Of a stretch of DNA of 64,000 nucleotides, positions 58,296-64,000 are shown one piece after another; position 1 is the first letter of the stretch, and each line of letters opens with the position of its first letter. The notes below the pieces were generated by a model. It did not search any database and was not told the DNA's origin. It was given only the letters and a program-made list of their open reading frames with translations. Where the stretch lies: positions 432-64,431 of the forward strand of contig CAIUSV010000065.1 of assembly GCA_903901915.1 (NCBI GenBank), read 5' to 3'. Origin of the DNA: an uncultured Rhodospirillaceae bacterium. GTDB taxonomy: Bacteria; Pseudomonadota; Alphaproteobacteria; Rhodospirillales; Magnetospirillaceae. The translations under genes were made by a program, and so were the position numbers.

Positions 58296-58505
58296 ATGCC
58301 GACTGGCACCGTCAAGTGGTTCAACAGCACCAAGGGTTATGGTTTCATCCAGCCCGAGGATGGCTCTGCCGACGTTTTCGTTCACATTTCCGCGGTCGAG
58401 CGTGCCGGCCTGGGCAACCTGAAGGAAGGCCAGAAGCTCTCCTTCGAGACCGAGCGCGATCCGCGCAAGGGCAAGTCCTCGGCCGTGAACCTCAAGGCCG
58501 TCTAA
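58296..58505 (+). CDS. cspA: Cold-shock protein
   Basis: [24 protein letters not shown]. 9-bp hairpin CCCCGCATG-AAGG-CATGCGGGG in the 5' region (58246-58267). Confidence 0.95.
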   Translation: MPTGTVKWFNSTKGYGFIQPEDGSADVFVHISAVERAGLGNLKEGQKLSFETERDPRKGKSSAVNLKAV

Positions 58506-58528
58506 CGGTCCTGCCGGTAACGACGACG

Positions 58529-58558
58529 AAGGGGCGCGGCTTGGCTGCGCCCCTTTTT
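58529..58558 (+). terminator. Rho-independent terminator after cspA
   Basis: AAGGGGCGCGGC-TTG-GCTGCGCCCCTT followed by a T run. Confidence 0.8.
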
Positions 58559-58640
58559 CGTTGCCCGCGCGACGGCATTGCTGGCCTGGGCGGGAGGGTT
58601 CATAGTGGACGGCAAATCATCAGGACAGGGAGAGTCCGAG

Positions 58641-59075
58641 ATGCCGCCTCGTCTGATCCGTGACGTCATCAGGAACCAGACCATCCTGACCATGGCCCCC
58701 ACCGCCACCGTGCGGGCCGCCGCACGCGAGATGCAGCGATCGCGCGTCGGCGCCGTCATGGTGGTCGAGGACGGCGCTCTGGTCGGAATCTTCACCGAAC
58801 GCGACGGCCTGTTCCGCGTCCTCGCCGCGGGCCTCGATCCCGATACCACCCCGCTTTCGGCGGTGATGACCGCCAATCCCTCGACCATCACCGCCGACCG
58901 CAAGCTGGGCCATGCGCTCCACATCATGCACGACAGCGGCTTTCGCCACATACCGGTGGTCGAGCGCGGCGTGCCTGTCGGCATGGTCTCGATCCGCGAC
59001 GCGCTGGGTTCGGAACTCAGCACCTTCGAGCGCGAAGTGGTCGCCAAGGAGGGGTTGGGCGAAATTCTGGGCTGA
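58641..59075 (+). CDS. CBS domain protein
   Basis: VGAVMVV...GIFTERD...VMT..P...FRHIPVV...GMVSIRD. Confidence 0.9.
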   Translation: MPPRLIRDVIRNQTILTMAPTATVRAAAREMQRSRVGAVMVVEDGALVGIFTERDGLFRVLAAGLDPDTTPLSAVMTANPSTITADRKLGHALHIMHDSGFRHIPVVERGVPVGMVSIRDALGSELSTFEREVVAKEGLGEILG

Positions 59076-59176
59076 GGGCAAGCCCCTATCCCTTTGCCGA
59101 TTCCGGTCTTTCGTGTATGTAGGAGGTGCCTGCCCGTCCCGGCGGCGACAACACCACTTCGCGAAAGAGAACCCGC

Positions 59177-59995
59177 ATGACCGCACCCGCTCTCCTGATG
59201 GCCGGCAAGAAAGGCCTGATCATGGGCGTCGCCAACGACCGCTCCATCGCCTGGGGCATCGCCCAGGCGGCGCGCGCCCAGGGTGCTGAACTAGCCTTCA
59301 CCTTCCAGGGCGAGGCGCTGGAAAAGCGGGTCCGTCCGCTGGCGGAAAGCGTCGGCTCCACGCTGGTGCTGCCCTGCGACGTCTCCGACGAATCCTCCAT
59401 CGACGCGGTTTTCGACACGCTGCAAAAAAGCTGGGGCAAGCTCGACTTCGTCGTCCACGCCATCGGCTATTCCGACAAGGAGGAACTGCGCGGCCGTTAT
59501 GCCGACACCTCGTTGCAGAACTTCCTGACCTCCATGCATATCTCGGTGTTCTCGTTCACCTCGGTGGCGCGCCGGGCCTCGGCGATGATGCCGGACGGCG
59601 GATCGCTGCTGACGCTGACCTATTACGGCGCCGAGCGGGTGATGCCCCACTACAACGTCATGGGCGTGTGCAAGGCGGCGCTGGAGGCCAGCGTGCGCTA
59701 TCTGGCGGTGGACCTGGGCGGCCAGAACATCCGGGTCAACGCCCTGTCGGCCGGGCCGATCAAGACCCTGGCGGCATCGGGCATCGGCGACTTCCGCTAT
59801 ATCCTGAAGTGGAATCAGTACAACAGCCCCTTGAAGCGCAACGTCACCCTGGAAGACATCGGCGGCGCCGGACTTTATCTGCTGAGCGGCCTGTCGTCGG
59901 GCGTCTCGGGCGAGACCCACCATGTCGATTGCGGCTATCACGTCGTCGGCATGAAGGCGGTGGACGCCCCCGACATCACCGTCGCCAAGGACTGA
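59177..59995 (+). CDS. fabI: Enoyl-ACP reductase
   Basis: [34 protein letters not shown]. Confidence 0.96.
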   Translation: MTAPALLMAGKKGLIMGVANDRSIAWGIAQAARAQGAELAFTFQGEALEKRVRPLAESVGSTLVLPCDVSDESSIDAVFDTLQKSWGKLDFVVHAIGYSDKEELRGRYADTSLQNFLTSMHISVFSFTSVARRASAMMPDGGSLLTLTYYGAERVMPHYNVMGVCKAALEASVRYLAVDLGGQNIRVNALSAGPIKTLAASGIGDFRYILKWNQYNSPLKRNVTLEDIGGAGLYLLSGLSSGVSGETHHVDCGYHVVGMKAVDAPDITVAKD

Positions 59996-59999
59996 TCGG

Positions 60000-61088
60000 T
60001 TGTCGGGCAACGGCTTCGGCCACCTGTTCCGCTTCACCACCTTCGGCGAAAGCCACGGGCCGGCGATCGGATGCGTGGTGGACGGGGTGCCGTCGCGGAT
60101 TGCGCTGGCCGAGCCCGACATCCAGGTCTGGCTCGACCGCCGCAAGCCCGGCCAGAACCGCTTCACCACCCAGCGCCAGGAAGCCGACAGCGTTCGCATC
60201 CTGTCCGGGGTGTTCGAGGGACGGACCACCGGCACCCCCATCGGTCTGCTGATCGACAACACCGACCAGCGGTCCAAGGATTACGGCGAGATCAAGGACA
60301 CCTTCCGTCCCGGCCATGCCGACTGGGTCTACCAACAGAAATACGGTATCCGCGACTATCGCGGTGGCGGGCGATCCTCGGCGCGCGAGACCGCCATGCG
60401 GGTCGCCGCCGGCGCCGTCGCCCGCAAGGTGCTGGAAGCGCTGGCGCCCGGCCTCGCCATCCGAGGCGCCATGGTCGCCTTGGGATCACACCCGGTCGAT
60501 CGCGATCGTTGGGACTGGGCGATGGTCGAGACCAACCCGTTCTGGTGCCCCGACGCCGCCGCCGCCGCCACCTGGGAGGAAACCCTCGACGGCGTCCGCA
60601 AGGCGGGGTCGTCCATTGGCGGCGTGGTCGAAGTGGTGGCATCGGGCGTGCCCGTCGGCCTGGGGGCGCCGGTCTACGACAAGCTGGATGCCGACCTGGC
60701 CAAGGCGATGATGAGCATCAACGCCGTCAAGGGCGTCGAAATCGGCGCCGGCTTCGAGGCGGCGAGGCTGTCGGGCGAGGACAACGCCGACGAGATGCGC
60801 ATCGGCGACGACGGCAAGGCGCGGTTTCTGTCCAACCGGGCCGGCGGCATCCTGGGCGGCATCTCCACCGGCCAGGACATCGTCGTCCGTCTGGCGGTCA
60901 AGCCCACCAGCTCGATCCTTACCCCCCGGCACAGCATCGACATCCACGGCAACGAGGTCGAGGTCTCGACCAAGGGCCGCCACGATCCTTGCGTCGCCAT
61001 CCGCGCCGTGCCGGTAGCCGAGGCCATGATGGCCTGCGCCCTGGCCGATCATCTGTTACGGTTCCGCGCCCAATCGGGAGGCTTCTGA
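60000..61088 (+). CDS. aroC: Chorismate synthase
   Basis: [43 protein letters not shown]. Confidence 0.97.
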   Translation: MSGNGFGHLFRFTTFGESHGPAIGCVVDGVPSRIALAEPDIQVWLDRRKPGQNRFTTQRQEADSVRILSGVFEGRTTGTPIGLLIDNTDQRSKDYGEIKDTFRPGHADWVYQQKYGIRDYRGGGRSSARETAMRVAAGAVARKVLEALAPGLAIRGAMVALGSHPVDRDRWDWAMVETNPFWCPDAAAAATWEETLDGVRKAGSSIGGVVEVVASGVPVGLGAPVYDKLDADLAKAMMSINAVKGVEIGAGFEAARLSGEDNADEMRIGDDGKARFLSNRAGGILGGISTGQDIVVRLAVKPTSSILTPRHSIDIHGNEVEVSTKGRHDPCVAIRAVPVAEAMMACALADHLLRFRAQSGGF

Positions 61089-61089
61089 C

Positions 61090-61554
61090 ATGACCCAGGA
61101 CCAGTTCGCCGTCCTCATGACTCCGGTGGCCGAGTTCATCGCCGGCAAGCCCATCGACCGGACGTTGGCCGACGCGCTCAACCTGCGCTTCCCCGGCGAC
61201 GGCGACGAGATGAGAGCGGTGGAAACCGCCTGCCACGCCGCCATCAAGGCCGGCTGGATGTGCTCCCAGGGGGACGGCGGCCGCCGCTTCGGCCGGGTGA
61301 TCGCACCGACACCGGCGACACACGATCTCAGCGTCGATGTGGTCGATCTCACCGAGATCGTCGGTCCGCTGCACCGCCATCCCGACGGCGAGGTCTGCTT
61401 GGTGATGCCGGTGGACGAAACCGCCAGATTCGACGGCAAGGGCCGTGGCTGGTGCGTCTATGGTCCCGCCTCGGCCCACCGCCCCACCGTCAAGGGCGGC
61501 CGCGCCCTGGTGCTTTACCTGCTGCCCGGCGGCAAGATCGAGTTCGTCGAGTAA
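61090..61554 (+). CDS. DUF4863 family cupin-like protein
   Basis: AGWMC..G....RFGRVI...SVDVV......[12 protein letters not shown]...A.FDG...GW.VYGP.SAH.PTV.GG. Confidence 0.8.
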   Translation: MTQDQFAVLMTPVAEFIAGKPIDRTLADALNLRFPGDGDEMRAVETACHAAIKAGWMCSQGDGGRRFGRVIAPTPATHDLSVDVVDLTEIVGPLHRHPDGEVCLVMPVDETARFDGKGRGWCVYGPASAHRPTVKGGRALVLYLLPGGKIEFVE

Positions 61555-62006
61555 AGCCGGTCCAGCAGTCCTTGCAGGATGTAGGCGGCGGCCATCTTGT
61601 CCACCACCTCGGCCCGGCGTTTGCGCGACGAGTCGGCCTCCAGCAGGGTACGGGTGACGGCGACGGTGGACAGCCGCTCGTCCCAGAAGACCACGGGCAG
61701 GTCACGCAACCGCAGCAGGTTGGCGGCGAACGCCCGTGCCGACTGGCAGCGCGGCCCTTCCCCCCCGTCCATCTCCACCGGCAGCCCCAGCACCAGCCCG
61801 CCGACACCTTGGCGGTCAACCACCGCCAACAGCGCCGCCGCGTCCTGGGTGAATTTGGTACGGCGAATGGTATCGAACGGCGTGGCGATGGTACGGCTGA
61901 CATCGCTGAGCGCCAGACCGATGGTCTTGGAGCCAAGATCAAGCCCCAGCAGCCGCTGATCGCGGGCAAGATGGGCGGCAAGGTCGGCGGGAGAAAGAAT
62001 AGGCAT
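61515..62006 (-). CDS. ruvX: Holliday junction resolvase-like YqgF/RuvX
   Basis: [36 protein letters not shown]. The 3' end overlaps the convergent gene by 40 bp. Confidence 0.93.
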   Translation of the reverse strand: MPILSPADLAAHLARDQRLLGLDLGSKTIGLALSDVSRTIATPFDTIRRTKFTQDAAALLAVVDRQGVGGLVLGLPVEMDGGEGPRCQSARAFAANLLRLRDLPVVFWDERLSTVAVTRTLLEADSSRKRRAEVVDKMAAAYILQGLLDRLYSTNSILPPGSR

Positions 62007-62357
62007 CAGGACAACCAAGTTACGGGCGGCACTGGGGTATGTCAACGTCGGCAGCCACGCCAAGAACAGCGGTGAGTCAATGCCGGGCAAGAGCAACACA
62101 GCTATTCTGTTTCACTATTATGGAAATACCGTTTGATACCTTGCGGCCGACAGCCCGCCGTCATCGGGCGGACTGGGGCCGCGTCGAAAGAGGCGCGTTC
62201 GGAGAGACGGGAGTAGACATAAGTATAGCCCCGGCCTGTTTCGGTTCATTCCTCGCGGCGAGGCCGTTATAATTTTTCGTTTCACGGCACCCGGACGCCC
62301 CGTCGGCGAGTTGCCGCATCAAATCACGATGACCATGGAAAGATCGCGGCCAACCCA

Positions 62358-64000
62358 ATGGCATCACTCGTGCGCACAATGAAAATGATTGCGCTGGCCA
62401 TGGTCTGCACCGTCGTGGCAACGGCGACGTCATTTGACGCTCGGGCCCAGACGCGGAACGATACGAAACTCGTCTTCCTCGGAAACAAGAACATCGCTCC
62501 GATAGTATATCTTGACGAGTCCGCGCCGTCCGGCGTCGCCGTCGATATCGTCCGCGCGATGGAGAAATATCTGCGCCACCCGGTGGAAATCAGGGCGATG
62601 GATTGGCCGGAGGCACAGGCGCTGGTCGCCCGTGGCGAAGCGGACGCGCTGATTCAGATCAACAGAAACGCGGAACGCGAGAAGATATACGATTTCTCGG
62701 ATACGTTACTGGAATCGCAGTTCTCGATATTTACCGCCGCCGATAATATCGGCATATCCGGAGTATCCAGTCTTCGGGGGCTGCGGGTCGGCGTCGAGGC
62801 CGGGGGACTTCCACACCAGACACTGGAAAAGACCCCCCATATCCTGCTGCGCATTATTCCAAACTTTATCGATGGCTTCAAACTGCTGAGCGTGCACGCC
62901 CTTGACGCCGTCGTCGTCGACTACCGGGTCGGGGCCTACGTCATCGCCCGGAACAAGATCAAGAACATAAAGGTTTCCGGCGAACCCATCGCCTACTCTT
63001 ACTCGTCGATCGCCGTCAGGAAGGGAAATATCGCGCTTATCAATGATATAAACAATGCCCTTAGCGTAATGAAGCACGACGGAACCTATCAGAACATTAT
63101 AAACAGCTGGAAGCCGACAGAAGTCGTTTTCCAGACGCGCGAGCAGATATCGCGAGAGAACTACATGGCGGCGATCGTCGCCATGATATTCCTCCTGGTC
63201 ATCGCCTTGGTTTGGCTGATGACCATGAGAGGCGAGCTTGCCAAGCGCAAGCGTACCGAGGAATTGCTGGCGGAAAAGCATTCGACCTTGCGCGGGATCA
63301 TCGACAGCGCCAACGCGCTGATATTCTCGATCGACCGCCGCTACCGATACACCAGCTTCAACGCCGGTCATGCCGCCGCGATGAAGGAGCTTTACGGCGC
63401 CAGAATCGAGCTTGGCGCCACCTTGCTGGACTATATGACGGTGCCGGAGGATCGGGACACCGCCAAGCGCAACCTCGACCGGGCGCTGGCCGGCGAGATG
63501 ATCGTCGAGGAAGCCTATTCCGGCGAGGAACTCCGATCGCGGCGGTATTTCCAGGTCTCGAACAGCCCCATCCGCAGCGGCGAGGAGGTGATCGGCGTGG
63601 CGGTACTCGCCCAGGATATCACCGCACGCAAGCAGTCGGAGGAAGCGCAGCATCGACTGAACCGGGAACTGCGGGCCGTCAGCGACTGCAATCAGACATT
63701 GATGCGGGTCGAGGACGAACAGACCCTGCTCGACACCATTTGCCGGATCATTTGCGACGAGGCCGGCTACCGCATGACCTGGGTGGGCTATGCCGAGCAC
63801 GACGATGCCAAGACCATACGGCCGGTCGCCAGGGCCGGAGCCGAAACCGCCTATCTCGAACAGGCCGGGCAAAGCTGGGCCGACACCGAGCGGCAGCCCA
63901 GCCCCACCGCGACCGCCATCCGCAGCGGTGAGACCGCCTGCATCCAGGATTTCGGGGTGGTGCCGCCGTCGGCGCCGTGGCGCGACGGTGCCCTGCGGCA
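62358..64000 (+). CDS. Multi-domain sensor: periplasmic binding domain-TM-PAS-GAF (partial, runs off window end)
   Basis: Open frame from 62358 (MASLVRTMKMIAL...NIAPIVY...VAVDIV...AVRKGN...TM...IIDSANALIFSIDR...LAQDITARK...CRIICDEAGYRMTWVG). Absent from the ORF track because it has no stop in the window. Confidence 0.88.
   Translation, partial: MASLVRTMKMIALAMVCTVVATATSFDARAQTRNDTKLVFLGNKNIAPIVYLDESAPSGVAVDIVRAMEKYLRHPVEIRAMDWPEAQALVARGEADALIQINRNAEREKIYDFSDTLLESQFSIFTAADNIGISGVSSLRGLRVGVEAGGLPHQTLEKTPHILLRIIPNFIDGFKLLSVHALDAVVVDYRVGAYVIARNKIKNIKVSGEPIAYSYSSIAVRKGNIALINDINNALSVMKHDGTYQNIINSWKPTEVVFQTREQISRENYMAAIVAMIFLLVIALVWLMTMRGELAKRKRTEELLAEKHSTLRGIIDSANALIFSIDRRYRYTSFNAGHAAAMKELYGARIELGATLLDYMTVPEDRDTAKRNLDRALAGEMIVEEAYSGEELRSRRYFQVSNSPIRSGEEVIGVAVLAQDITARKQSEEAQHRLNRELRAVSDCNQTLMRVEDEQTLLDTICRIICDEAGYRMTWVGYAEHDDAKTIRPVARAGAETAYLEQAGQSWADTERQPSPTATAIRSGETACIQDFGVVPPSAPWRDGALR

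Overview
GC-rich alphaproteobacterial chromosome segment, Rhodospirillaceae and Magnetospirillum-like (inferred from gene content and order). Core genes occupy about 1-17.4 kb (ahcY, PTS/hprK/rapZ cluster, slt, guaB, rsmB-like, rlmE, ppx, two-component pair) and about 47-64 kb (DUF1178, nitrilase, grxC, comF, sfsA, map, sppA, cspA, fabI, aroC, ruvX, sensor). Between them is an accretion hotspot at tRNA-Gln(CUG). (i) A 15.6-kb lower-GC integrative element (17653-33310) with 54-bp att direct repeats and two tyrosine recombinases. It carries four copies of a palindromic site GAACATAC-N5-GTATGTTY that bracket two cargo modules. One module is magnetosome-related: MamD-like, an Mms6/MamG-type LG-repeat protein, pseudo-Hpt, MucR-like and vWA-TM-PilZ. 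The other is a TGT/DpdA-like transglycosylase plus a GT-A glycosyltransferase. (ii) A decayed 0.7-kb element ending in a third, degenerate att. (iii) An AraC/acyl-CoA ligase/autotransporter/IalB/TPR-sulfotransferase/TPR-glycosyltransferase/hydrolase locus ending in an IS5 remnant. Separately, a repeat element between ppx and rlmE forms two mini-ORFs chained by ATGA stop/start overlaps. Family names come from motif recognition by eye; no searches were run.
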